Part shown: positions 13,080 to 26,030 of the stretch, one piece after another
Layout of the letters: the number at the start of each line of letters is the position of its first letter
How positions within the stretch are numbered: the stretch's first letter is position 1
NCBI RefSeq assembly: GCF_001194135.2
Contig: NC_068981.1
Span: 100,607,043 to 100,671,042, forward strand
From: Octopus bimaculoides
Taxonomy: Eukaryota
Length of the DNA: 64,000 nt
Reading direction: 5' to 3'
The notes under the pieces: generated by a model
Databases searched by the model: none
What the model saw: only the letters and a program-made list of their open reading frames with translations
What the model was told of the DNA's origin: nothing
Program-made: the position numbers and the translations under genes

Positions 13080-13465
13080 TGTGGAGGCGCAATGGCCCAG
13101 TGGTTAGGGTAGCGGACTCGCGGTCGTAGGATCGTCGTTTCGATTCCCAGACCAGGCGTTGTGAGTATTTATTGAGCAAAAACACCTAAAGTTCCACAAG
13201 GCTCCGGCAGGGGATGGTGGCGAACCCTGCTGTACTCTTTCACCACAACTTTCTCTCACTCTTTCTTCCTGTTTCTGTTGTACCTGTATTTCAAAGGGCC
13301 AGCCTTGTCATACTCTGTGTCACGCTGAATCTCCCTGAGAATGTTAAGGGTACACGTCTGTGGAGTGCTCAGCCACTTGCACATTAATTTCACGAGCAGG
13401 CTGTTCCGCTGATCGGATCAACTGGAACCTCGTCGTCGTAACCGACAGAGTGCCAACCACCACCA
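13080..13465 (+). mobile_element. Young tRNA-derived SINE (Nin-like core) nested in an older SINE
   Basis: A box TGGCCCAGTGG and B box GTTTCGATTCC; 9-bp TSD cctacttcc (13071-13079 / 13466-13474); near-identical copy at 51168-51556 on the minus strand. Confidence 0.88.
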
Positions 13466-13938
13466 CCTACTTCCCAAAATTGCTGGCCTTGTGCAAAAAT
13501 TTGAAACCTATGATATAGTTTGAGGATGAAGGATAATGCTTGCAACTTCCATGGATCCTTGACTAAGAGATAATGTTACTTGAGTAAAATTAATATAGTT
13601 AATATTCACTTAGAACATGATGATCAGTGATTGAAAGGAAAACACAAATAGGGACAGTGTTCCCAAGACACAGTTCAAAGAAGTAAGAATTGGGTGAATT
13701 GTCTTATATATAGTATGAAGAGTGAGAAATGGCTGGATTTTTAGGGGTAGTAGAGGTGGATGTGTTGTGTGTGTTTTTGAATATATGTATAAGTGTATGA
13801 ATAATACAAATAGTTTTGAACTGTTTGTCTGTTTCTTGAACATATTTTTGTTAATTTAAAACTATAAAATACTTTCTTTAGTTTGATATATTAACTTTAT
13901 TGATTGATTTTTATTGTAATGTTTTATTTGTATTTTAG

Positions 13939-14075
13939 AAAGGATTTCCCCAGAAAGTCTGTTTTGTGCAAGTGGTTGTAATAACTGGACTGATGCTAAG
14001 AGAAATCAGAACTGGATATCTCACCTCCAAAACTGTGATATTATTTCTATGCCTGACAAATGGGAGTTCCCTTGG
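13939..14075 (+). CDS. GH63-type hydrolase exon F
   Basis: tattttag acceptor; (E)RISPESLFCASGCNNWTDAKRNQNWISHLQNCDIISMPDKWEFPW containing RN..W..HL...DIISMPDKWExPW; donor gtttgt; phase 1 in, phase 0 out. Confidence 0.93.
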
Positions 14076-15426
14076 GTTTGTCTAATAATTATTTCCTTTC
14101 CATTCAAAATGCTCATTAAAATTGATTATAAATTGGGAGCTAACTTGTGTCTAAATAATAATATTTTAGAGTTACAGCTAATTGAATTTAAAATGCAATG
14201 GGTGTGCAGCAGGAATATCCAGCAATCACCCATGTTGTGATTCGTTTGAACATTACCCACATGATCAGCAAAAACTGACCAATCATAACTTTGCTTGGAA
14301 AGAATATTACCCATGTGTTCAACAAAATCTGATCAATCACCACTTCGTGTAAAATAGGCTCCAGCGATAATTTCAACTTTTAGCACGCTTCTTCCTGAGC
14401 CCTCCAATCAGTATAAAATTGACACATTGTGACTACCAAACAGACAGCTTTGGGATATAGCAGAGAAAGCATGAGATGATACAGTACACAGACGGCAAAC
14501 AGACACAAGCAGCAGTCCACAACAACAGCCAAGAGGTGGAATTAATGTTTTTCCTGCTGCTAACCATTGAGTCTTGAAGTAAATATGAAACATAGCACAG
14601 GCAGATTTTACCTTGATCAGTAACTCAAAATGAAGATTATAGTAGTAAGGCTTGAATTCCTGGCCGGGCAGTCAATAGTCCAGCAATTTAATCTCATAGA
14701 TCTGTACCATGTTGCTGGTCCTGAACTGTGTCAGTGACCAATGCACTTAATGTTTGCTCACTCAGATCACTTCACTTTAATATAAGTACTATGTATAAGT
14801 AGTTATTGAAAGCTCTGTGTAATGCAAGTGCTACTGTATAACTCAAAAAGGTTTTGTTAACTTCAATGTGCAAGTAATTATTGACAGCTCTATGTAATTC
14901 AAGTACTACTGTATAATTTTAAAAGGTTTTGTTAGCTTCAAATGTTTAGTTTAATTCTTTTAACAGTCCTTTAGCAGGCAAGTGGAAATGACTCCAAGTG
15001 AATCCTTCCTAAAAGTTCTAATGTCTGTTGGTTTCACCTGATTTTCAGTCTTGCTCTGATACCCTCAATAGTATAGTAAGAAAGAAGTTAAAATCATAAT
15101 GATAAAAACATACACTAGACCCAAAAGCTCATACTATTGGTGTTTTCATTCTTGGCTGTGTGGTAAGAAGTTTGCTTCCCAACTACAAGGATCTGCATTC
15201 AGCCCCACTATGTGGCACCTTGCACAAGAGGATAAAATGATAATGATAAAAGTGTACACAAAACACAAAAGCTTATACTATTGGTGTTTCCATTCCTGTC
15301 TGTGAGGTAAGAAGCTTGCTTCCCAAACACATGGTTCTAGGTTCAATCCCACTGTATGGTACCTTGGTCAAGTGTTTTCTACTATAACCTCGGGCTTACC
15401 AAAACCTTGTGAGTGGATTTGACATA

Positions 15427-15950
15427 AAAGGTCTCTGCTTGGTGGATGCCACATCTAACACCTGATCAAAAGTGTACCAGGCTGATCACATCATGGCAAA
15501 ATCTGACATTGTTTGAGGCAGATCCAGCTGGTTTCCATGAATGTTTCTTAATCCAGGATGAGTGTTGGGATCATCACTTTGAGCCAGAAACAAAGAGACA
15601 ATCCATGCAGTGGAAACACACCTCCTCACCTTCACCAAAAAGGGCCAAGACTGTTTCATTAGCAGGGAAGGTGATAGCCTCGGTTTTTTTGAGATGCAAA
15701 AAACATTGTGTTTATTGACTATCTTCAAAAGGGCCATACCATCCATGAAGAGTATTAGGCCAACTTGCTGAAGCAATTATGAAAGGTTATCAAGACCAAA
15801 CGTCTAGGAAAACTGATTAAAGAGATCTTGTCTCATCATGACAATGCTCCAGTGCACAAGTCTTATGTTTCAATGGCTGCTGTGCATGACTGTGGCACTG
15901 AATTGGCTGATCATTGTCCCTATTACCCTTATTTAGCCCCATGTGACCTA
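15427..15950 (+). mobile_element. Mariner transposase fragment (pseudogene)
   Basis: WMPH.LT..QK, QDECWDHHFEPETKRQSMQW, HHDNAPVH and YYPYLAPCD motifs, with stops and frameshifts. Confidence 0.88.
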
Positions 15951-16271
15951 GTGAAATTTAACTCAGCAAAAATTAGTCTTCCCTGTTATGAATAGGCATC
16001 ATAGCATGTACTACCCATAAGTAAGAAACTAAGGCACTGCATAATTGACAAATGTTTTTGTTAGCTTATAATGTTAAGTTCAAATCTTTCTACATTCCAT
16101 GCAACTTGATAGAATTTTCAATAGCTTATCATCGAACCTCAGTTATTAATCAACATATCTATATTTCATATACAGTAACTCCTCCGGATTTTTATTTTTC
16201 AATGTTTTCTTTTAGCAATATGTCAGTCATAAGTTCCTCTTCTCTTTTTTTTTTTTTACCTGCTGTTCCAG

Positions 16272-16388
16272 TATGCTGCTTGGGATTTGGCATTTCATAT
16301 GATTCCATTCAGTTTCCTTGACCCTGATTTCTCCAAGAAGCAACTTCTTTTACTGTTATCTGATAAATATCTACATCCAAATGGTCAG
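16272..16388 (+). CDS. GH63-type hydrolase exon G
   Basis: gttccag acceptor; YAAWDLAFHMIPFSFLDPDFSKKQLLLLLSDKYLHPNGQ containing AAWDLAFH and HPNGQ; donor gtaaga; 117 nt, phase 0/0. Confidence 0.94.
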
Positions 16389-17301
16389 GTAAGATTATTC
16401 ATTTTCTCTTTTGTTAATTATTTTAAAACAATTAAAAAAATTTCCAAAGCAAAATCTACATGATTGAGTTTTTTAAGTAATCATGTTTTTGTTTAGTTTT
16501 GGGTGGTATTTTTCTACAACAAGCATCTAAAGTGCTCCCATATGAAAATTTAATAAAAGAGAAGAGTGAAGCAAGCATTGAAATGGTAAATATCTAGAAG
16601 GAAAAGGTATTTGGGCAAGACTCTTTGTGAAAGGTAGGTATGTGGAATTTGAGTGGATAAGTTAATTAAACAAACTACTGAAGATGAAAACAGAAAGAGA
16701 ACTACATTTGAAATGTATTGTGTGAGTTTAAGACACTAGAAAAATACTTTGATATCAATCTACCTATATCATCATCATCGTTTAATGTCCGCTTTCCATG
16801 CTGGCATGGGTTGGACTGTTTGACATGGAGCTGGCTAGCAGGGAGCTGTCCAGACTCCAGTTGTCTGTTGTGGCATGGTTTCTACAGCTGGATGTCCTTC
16901 CTAATGTTACATGTGCAATCAAAATTGAGTTGGGTCTAAAAAAACAAATCCCCACATTCAGCTTTTTGTAAGAAATATTTCTTTAGTTTGACTAAATCAT
17001 TCAAGGCAGTCCAATGACTGAAACAAGTAAAAAAATAAAAGAAAGGTACATATGGAAGGTATCCATAGTGTAAAAGGAGTGAGAGAGACAGACAGACAGG
17101 GTGAGATAGTGAAGTTATAGGAGGAAGGATGAGAACAGATATCAAAATACTAGATCTCAGTAGGTCAGCAGCTCATGCAAGATTATAAGTGGTAGCATGA
17201 TTTACTTCAGTCTCCTCCAATCTATACCAGCATAAAAAAATAATCATTCAAATGAAAATGATCATTAAAGTGTTCATGTATTTTGGATGGTATAGTTACA
17301 A

Positions 17302-17304
17302 CTC

Positions 17305-17351
<47 letters not shown>

Positions 17352-17368
17352 ATCTCTCTCTCTGTCTC

Positions 17369-17456
<88 letters not shown>

Positions 17457-17477
17457 ACACACACACACACACACACA
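17302..17477. repeat. Compound microsatellite (TC)n-(AC)n
   Basis: ~150 nt of TC repeats with occasional TG/TA, followed by (AC)n. Confidence 0.97.
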
Positions 17478-17835
17478 AAACATGAAAATAGCTACAAGCA
17501 TGCGACAACTACTAACCCATAGATGTGCTTTTCCCTTTCATTCTGCCTCTTCTGAAGCTATGACAGAACTTCTGCTCCTCTAAACTGTTGAACTAAATAT
17601 GACCTAATGCGCTGGACATGACCCCCTCCATTCATCATTCCTACTGTGTCTCACCTCCCGGGTCCTGCACTGCACACTCTCCTTTCACTGTAGACACACA
17701 GACCTCAGAAGCTCCTTCCCTACTCGTGTTTTTATTTTTAGAAAACCTGAAGAAAGGTAAACTGAACTACACTCTTGTGATAAATAAATAAACAAACAAA
17801 TAAACATACATAAATATGTACATACATATATACAT

Positions 17836-20290
17836 TAGGGATACAACTTTTTTTGCAACTCCATAGTCTTGTATCATATTCTGATGATCTTTTGCTAGAG
17901 AGCAATGAAAATCAATGTTTTTTTTGTTTTTTTTTGTATTTGATCAAAAAAGTTCACCCATGACTAACTTTGAAATTTCTGTACTCGGTTGCATTTGGGT
18001 GGATTTCCAAAAACTAGAACCCTGGTTGAATAATAAACAAAAAAGGAAAAATATCCAAATTGTTTAATCCATAACTCTTAAAAGAACTGTATTCTGCATT
18101 CCAGAACAAAAAAAAAGAAGGTAAGTTATATAACATCAAATTAGTTAATAGTCAAGTTGTGGCAAGTCATTAGAGAGAATGAGATACAATGGCAGGTTCG
18201 CTTTGTTCTTGCATGTGGCATGTAGTTCTTGAATGACCTTAATTGCTCGCTCACAGCATTGACTGTTTCTGCTCATGTTTAGTTTTGATGGCTCTTGTTT
18301 CCTGTGATTTATCAAGTATTTCAAAACAGTCTTGTAGGGTAGTAAGGCTTATGATAGCTCTGCATAATCTTCAACTCTATACATTTGGTTACTGAACTAG
18401 TGGTCTGCCCAGTCATATGAGATGAACTGCCAGACTATCTACAATCTTTCTCTCACAGGTGGCATGAGGAAAAATGCAAGAAGGGCTAAGAGTGCTTGCG
18501 AATTCCATTTGGCATTACTAATGTTCAGAATTTTCTGAAACTTGATGAAAGATAGATCTCCATTTTCATGGAAGAACCTGAAGGCATGGGTTAAGTAGAA
18601 CAAAAACTTCATATCATCTCTCCAGCCAGCTTGCTCTTCAATGACATGAGTTCCATTCTGGAAGGAACTTTGGAGTTCTTCATAAACTTGTCATGAGTTC
18701 TTTGACAAAAAATATTCAATGTTGGGTGAATTGCTTGTGCCTGCTAGCTCTTCATTCAAGACAACATGCAAGATTCTGTACAAGACACGGTGTTGACAGC
18801 TCATGACTTGTGGCTTGTCATAGCCTTTGCTCAAGAACATTCTTTGCAGTCTCACCATCATCCCACTCTTTCATCCTGTATTCACACTTGGCGTATCAGC
18901 AATAATTATTGAGATTATGCCCCACGAGTGAAATTCATCCAAAGTGCTTTTCAATCCTTCTGCAATGGTCTCAGCCTTGCCATCACACAGCTTCAGAGTA
19001 GTCAGCTTGATTTCACTTGTTTCATTCTTGATGACAACCGCTTGACATTCATTTCTGTCAATATGTTTACCATTGAAATGCAGGCTCCATTCTTGATTGC
19101 ATAGCGTATCGATCAAGTGTTTCTTCATTTCACCAGCTTTCTTGAAGAGTGCATTGTAAATGCCTTGCTGACTAGGATCTGGGATATCAATGCCTTCCTC
19201 TAACAACTGTTTGCAGATTCTCACAGCTTTGTTGGTAGAGACATTTGTTCCAGTTACAAGTCTCATACCAATTGCAGATTTATTGTGCTTTTTTGTGGAG
19301 GAATAAGTGCCATCACTATCATTTTGATCAACTCTGTCATCTTCACTGTAATTGTACTCTTCAATTTCTTGTTCTTCAGAGTCACTGTCAGTATCCAGGA
19401 TTGTTGGGTTTGATAATGAATGGGAGGCTTTAGCATCAGAGCATCTTCTCTTGGAAGGACAGATAGTGTGCTTGCTTGCAGCTTTGCCTGTAGAATAGCT
19501 TATTTGCCCTTGCTTTGGAATTGGATGGAGTACAGCTTTTTGTCATCAGCATTAAGCCAATCACCATGAATTTTGGTGATACAAACAGTTCTACTAATGG
19601 CTCAAACTTTCCTTTCTTGGCCCATTTGTCATACAAATGAAGCACATTTTTTAGCTTGGACCATATTGCTTGCTCAGAAATGATTTGGAAAATTCAGTTT
19701 ATCTCTCCACAGTAGTGTCACCTCTCTTGATGATTCTGCCACTCTCTCTCCTTTCTGCCTTTAATTGATTTTCCAAGAAACTGGTAATGACCAACAATCT
19801 GCTCTTTGGGTGGCATTCGGCTTCTGCTGGCCAGTAAGGCTTCTACAGGCACATGACCTCTAGGTGAATGGGACTGGAACTGCACCAAATTTCTCTTCCA
19901 TTTCTCCTTCTTCTGAACAACTTTGAAGCTTTTTCTTGAATGATATCTCACTAGCAGTCATGCAGAACGCACACTGAAACCGAAACAACAAGAGTGAAAG
20001 TGAAAGAAGAACTTATTTGCTTCATGACTAAGTATGATGACTCAGCAATACAGTCTAATCACCACTGAAGTTTTATAAATGCTAAGAATTTATTGAAAAC
20101 CAAGAGCGCTATGCGACCTTACCCATATTCAAACAAGTGTTGCATAAGAATACAAATATGGATTCATGGGTGAACTTTTTTAAAGATAGCTCAAAAGTGA
20201 GTTCACTTTAGTTACTTATGCATAAAAGCTCATCTAAATATGATACAGGAAATTGTTTTTGGTGAAAGAAATTGAAAAGTTGTATCCCTT
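17836..20290 (-). mobile_element. Full-span hAT (hATm-like) DNA transposon with a degraded transposase
   Basis: 16-bp TIRs TAGGGATACAACTTTT / AAGGGATACAACTTTT plus subterminal similarity; 8-bp TSD atatacat/atagacat. Minus-strand peptides WSLHFNGK, IIADTPSVNTG, SCQH and CCERAIK; many stops. Confidence 0.85.
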
Positions 20291-20800
20291 ATAGACATAA
20301 ATACATATTTGCATGTGTGCATTCATGCATTCATGCATGCTTACATGTGGTTGAAAAATACAAGAGAAAGAGGACATTTATGGATAAGGAGTTTGCAAAT
20401 CCAGTACCCAAGATACACTTTCAGCTTCATACTTATTATTATTGGAGCAACAGAATGCATACTAACTCATCTGTAGCAAAGTATGGCTGAACTGTGGGTC
20501 TTGCTACAAATGATCACGATATCTGGAATTATAAAAATCTGCAAGACCTTCTTAAAATTTAATGGATGATGGTTAAAACATGACACGTTCCTTCACAACC
20601 TTGCTACCAAAGTTGGTGGCCAGTCAAAATTTATTCTAAATTAAAGAGAGAAAGAGAACAAATGAGCAAACATATATGCATGCATTCATGCATATACATA
20701 CATACATATGTACATACATATATGTGTATGTACGCATGCACACACACTAGGAGAAACATTCTTTACTGTTTGTAACATAGTTGTTCGCTTTTTTCTGCAG

Positions 20801-20943
20801 CTTCCTGGTTGTGAATTTGACTTCAGTGATACAAACCCCCCTGTACATTGTTGGGCATGTCTCTCTGTTTACCACAATAGTGGTTCATATGATGTGAGCT
20901 TTCTAAAGAAATGTTTTCACCGATTATTATTGAATTACAACTG
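20801..20943 (+). CDS. GH63-type hydrolase exon H
   Basis: ttttctgcag acceptor; LPGCEFDFSDTNPPVHCWACLSVYHNSGSYDVSFLKKCFHRLLLNYN(W); donor gtaagt; phase 0 in, phase 2 out. Confidence 0.93.
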
Positions 20944-22792
20944 GTAAGTTTACAACTTTGTCACTAATTCTGTAAATTAAATACTAATTCGTTTTTCTTT
21001 ACAATGTAGTGAATATAGGTGTAAGTAAACTCTAGCAGTTTATTAGTTTAAAACAAAAATTGAAGAGAGCTTTTGATCATTAACTTGTAAACAATGTCCT
21101 GTGTTCTTCCTAGTTTTTTTGTTTTTACACTTGTGTTTGTCTCTCATCACCTCTTGATAACCATAACTTAGTGGTTTGGTAAAAGAGAATGATAGAATAA
21201 GTACCAGGTTTTGAAAAAATACTGGGGTCAATTAGATAATGCCCTCGTATGGCCACAGTCTAATGACTAAAACAAGAAAAAAGATAAAAGGTAAAGAGAA
21301 TAAAATAAACGATAATTCTATCACAGGCTGAAAGGTAGTCAAATAAATGCTGGTTGGAGGAGTGCTGAGAGTGGTCAAGACTGAAGATGAATTTAGAGGA
21401 ATAGGGAAGAAAGACGGTGTTAGAATAACAGGAAGTAATTTTTGTTGGTGATATTTTGCTAAGTCTTAGGGAGAGCTTTCCTTTGAACATTATATCATAG
21501 CCCAAGCCCACAAGAACACTTAAACTCAATATCTTAAGCCAAGAAAAAATATTTTAATTTTACTGTTTACCTTGCTGCTTACAGTGATGTGTTTTAATTA
21601 TCCATTGTACATAATTATAAGATGGACTGAATCAGCTTCTTTGACTGAAACCAGGACTCAATACGTATAACCACAAAATTGTAAAACCAACTAATCATTC
21701 ACAAAAATTAAATACTTATTATCATAATGCTTTAACTTCCATCATTGTCATTATTACACTGTGTACCTTGGTTTTGAAATATGTACATCATATTGATGCA
21801 TGTCTTAATATGCAACTGAAAGGGTTGGCAACAGGAAAGTATCTGGGCATAAAATGCTCTTTCAGAAAGAAAAAAAACATCCTACCCAAGCTGTCATGTA
21901 AAAATGAACATGAAATGATCATTGAAAATGATTATAATAGTATCTGTGGTTTGCGTGCTCTGCATAAGATGCAGCCTGATGTAAACTATGACATTACTTG
22001 TATCCTCTGCTATCTCTTAAATTATGACATTGGTTAGGACTCTGCTATGGTTGTTTAACAACCACTGTCTTATATTCAGCATTTATTATTTTCTGCTACG
22101 TTGTAATGGCTTACACAAATTTAGACAGACTGCTGGAATAATTGCTTTTTACTACTGGAGGGTTTTTTGTTTTCTTTTTTTAAATACTCCATCATGAAGT
22201 AGGGGTAAAATTTGCTGAAGATCATATAGAGTTGAGAGCCTTGTTTTGAGCTACATTACAGTGGTTGTAATATTAATGTTTGAACTTATCTTACAGTCAT
22301 AAGTTGGATACTAACAGAGCACAAAATCTCTTGGTTGTTATTTAATGTGTCACATCTGAACAATGATTTTTTTACATTGGCACAAGACAACACATTTTTA
22401 GAGGTCTATTAGCTGACTGAAACTGGAGGTAGTGATTTGACTTCATTAGAGTATCAGACAGAATACTTATAGTAGTTGATTACAGCTTTTTATGTCCTGA
22501 GTCCAAATCCTGTCATGGTCATCTTTATCCTTTCCGGGTTGATACAATAAAGTACCAGTCAAGCATTGGAGTTAATTTCTATAATGTATTCTAGATGTGA
22601 ATCAAATTGTAATTGCTGACTAATAGAAAGATAAAAAATAAAATCAACAATAATAGGTTGAACTCAGAGAGATAAGCCTGGATATTACTTGCTACTTGCT
22701 ATTTCATTACTTTACCACCCTCTTTATTAATAATTATTATGAGAAATAGAAGACAAAATATTGTGAAATTTTCTTCTATGCTTTATTGCTAG

Positions 22793-22916
22793 GTGGACAA
22801 ACACAAATAAAATTTATGGCCCTGGTCATCTATATTCTGGAGGTTTCTTGGGTATGGACAATATTTCGATATTCAACCGTTCCTCTGGAACACCACCTGG
22901 ATATATCCTTGCTCAG
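22793..22916 (+). CDS. GH63-type hydrolase exon I (contains the GGFLGMDNI putative catalytic Asp motif)
   Basis: attgctag acceptor; (W)WTNTNKIYGPGHLYSGGFLGMDNISIFNRSSGTPPGYILAQ; donor gtaagt; phase 2 in, phase 0 out. Confidence 0.94.
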
Positions 22917-24136
22917 GTAAGTTTTTTAAATGAATCCACCTTGTTTCTATTCTAGATATTTTTGTTATATAATTCTAAATAAATTTTGTTTTTAAAATCA
23001 AAACTGGAGTTTTTCTTTGTAGTATACTTCACTCATAATTGAGAAATTTCTATTCTCGATGAATTTGTCCATTTTATAGCCACTAACTGGTTTATGAAAC
23101 CAATATGCTCTCCTTTTCTCTTTCACAACTACAACAACGATAATAATCATGAAATTATTGTGTATAGTGCTCAGGTGCACTACGACTTATCAAAGGTGCA
23201 TGTATAGTATGTAGAATTATGTACAAATGTCAGGAAAGTGAACAGTGTATGAGTCATGATATACATGTGTGCATGCATAGATGTTATATTTCACATACAT
23301 CTGCTCCATTAGACAGAATAAAACCTTGACTGCTAAATAAGTTTGAGTATGTTAACTGTGCCTCAAAATTCAAATAACTTCTTTGTGAATTTGAATAACT
23401 TGCTCATTTCCTACATAATATAAGCTTTATTTATATAAACGGAAGTAAAATGAAGATCTATGCTGTCAGCTTATCATTCTTGACTTCAAATCTACTGCAG
23501 TTGTTTTGTTGTATTATCGCATAGTATTTAATTATACATGTTTCTGTTCATTTTATCCATCGCTGATTTCAGTTGTTAAGCTATAAGTTCTTTTGTTTTG
23601 TTTTGTTTTTTCTGTGTATCATATCAATCCCAGTAATTATTTCAGTCTGGTACTGGTTTTGATTTTAATCAGTTTTGTTTTGACGAGTGTACCTGTAAGC
23701 ACGAGGACATTATTCACATGTATATACACACATACATGCATACACAGGTATATATATACATACACACATATATACATATGTGTGTACATATAAATACAAT
23801 GAACTCCTGCACTGTTTCTTTTTACCAAATTCCATTCACAAGGTATTGGTACAATGAATAGACATCAAATCATTTGAGTGTTACCTAAGTTAAATTGGTA
23901 TCCTAACTAGAAGAAAATTTTGTTGGTCATATTTTCAGTTATTTCTTGTGAATGAAAGGAATTTTAGCAATAGTTATTTTTAAAATTTATTTACACTTAT
24001 GCTTATTCTCAGGTTGTATTTTGTGTTACATCTTTTTGGTGAAAATTAACTTTCAACTTTACTTTTAAAAAAAACAATAATTTCAGTTATTATTTCTGAG
24101 ATGCCTACCAAATATTTTGGTTAATCTCTTCTATAG

Positions 24137-24296
24137 GCTGATGCCACTGGATGGATGGCATTTTTCTGTGTGAAAATGTTTGAAATGGCTATTGAGATCA
24201 TTAAAACTGACCCAGATTATGCTGATATAGCAACACAATTTTTTAGACATTTTTTACTTATAGCTGAAAATGGATCTCAAACTACTAACAAAGCTG
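24137..24296 (+). CDS. GH63-type hydrolase exon J
   Basis: cttctatag acceptor; ADATGWMAFFCVKMFEMAIEIIKTDPDYADIATQFFRHFLLIAENGSQTTNKA; donor gtaagt; phase 0 in, phase 1 out. Confidence 0.93.
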
Positions 24297-24733
24297 GTAA
24301 GTTTATTTTCTTTAAAGTGTTGAATACTTATAGTTCTTTGAAGCCTCTAGATTTTTTGTGCATATAAACAAATTGGCTGCTTATTTGTCAGGGATTGGTC
24401 AAGTGATGTAGACACCTCTGACAGTTCAAAAATTGATAAAGGCTATTCATCATTTTTTTCAATCTATAGGGAAATAGTTAAATTTGTCAAATTTGTATAT
24501 TTATTATGTAGGTTTACATATAATAATTAGCTTGTGGGACATTTTTGAGGCCATCAGACACAAAGAGAGGGAGAGGGAGGGAGACATTTTATTTTCATTT
24601 TAGTTAGAACATATTTTCAAAAGTAAGAAAATAATTTACCATTTCATTTCATCTTTAAAAACCACTTATTGACATTTCTGCTGGAAGTTTTATGCTACCA
24701 GGGAAAGTTAACTTTCATCAGGATTGTTCATTA

Positions 24734-24936
24734 GTAATATTTATCCCCACTTAAACATGGATGTTCTATTAGAACAAACTATACTGTGATAGTTGCCATG
24801 AGAGAAACTCTCATATTGGCTTCTTGTTTATATAGCTAGTGGGGAGATAAATCTCTACTACCACCAGATCATGTGATTTCGACCTTGTTGATCTTGTCTA
24901 ATAGAACATCCACTTTTAAGTGGGGATAGATATTAC
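24734..24936. mobile_element. MITE with 40-bp TIRs
   Basis: GTAATATTTATCCCCACTTAAACATGGATGTTCTATTAGA vs the reverse complement of 24897-24936 (37/40 identical). Confidence 0.8.
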
Positions 24937-26030
24937 CTTTTGGTATTAATAATGCCTCTGTTGCTAATATATATTTTTTTACAAGCTAACCAGCCAATCG
25001 TGACACCAGTACCTGTTCTGGCACTGTCAATATATATATCAGTGGTGGGGATATGAATTGCAGTTGCGTCTTAGCAGTCAAGACCAAACAAGGTTGAAAT
25101 TACATGATCTAGTGGTCTCAGTGTTGGAGATAGTGGGGATTTATCTCATCACTAGTGATATAAATGAGTCAAAAAGCCTGGTAACTACTGCAATATAGTT
25201 TATTCTCTAAGTGCTGATAAATATTACCTCCTGATATTAATACTGCCTCTGTCACTAATATATATTTGTTCATTGATAATCCTGAATCTAAAGAGCTGTT
25301 GATATGTATGTCATCTGTATCAGTAATTGCTCAGATTATGGGTTTACTAACAGACAGTCCTAATGAATCCCTATTTACCCTAGTGATTTGAAATTTGCAG
25401 TAGTGATGTCCAGTGAGTGATAATATATATAGTTTTATCATATAATTCAATTAGAGTGTTGAGCTGGCAGAATTGTTAGAGCTTCAGACAAAGAGCAGCG
25501 GAGTAATGAAATTTTTAGAGCAGCGAATAAAGATATTATTTGTTCTGGTTTTATGTTGTTGAGGTCCTCTGCAGCAACACTGGTGCTAATGTTGATTAAC
25601 ACTGGTGTTGTGATGAGATAGTATCTTGTTACCCATACTTTCAAGTACTGGCAACTGATAGGACTGATGGTAATGAGGATGTTTTTGTTTTCTTTTTGAA
25701 AGTCTAAGGAAGGGATGTTATGAACCACAGTGAATAACAATCCTTTAGGCGTCTGGAATCATACAAAGATTAAAGAACCCTGATTTAGAGGCTCCTTCTG
25801 AAAGCAATGGTGTTCCAGTCTTTGTTGTTGTATTATACTGTGACTGTGTGTGTGTGTGTGAGGAGGGTGCATGGTTTTTACAGCTTAATGCCCTTCCTAT
25901 CACCAACCATTTTGCAGTACAGTATAGATATGAACTGGTTATTTTTTAATCATGCCATGTTAGTGTTTTGTATTTGTAGCATTAAGACTACTCTGTCTGT
26001 TGTAGTTGTAATACTTTCTCACTTTTCCAG

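Noticed and set aside
13081-13155. tRNA-like sequence (also 51480-51556)
   Set aside because: It is the tRNA-derived head of a SINE that continues into a repeat body and is bounded by a TSD; no proper acceptor stem.
17252-17522. SL-/ER-repeat ORFs
   Set aside because: Translations of a (TC)n microsatellite; the exons on either side (G and H) join in phase without them.
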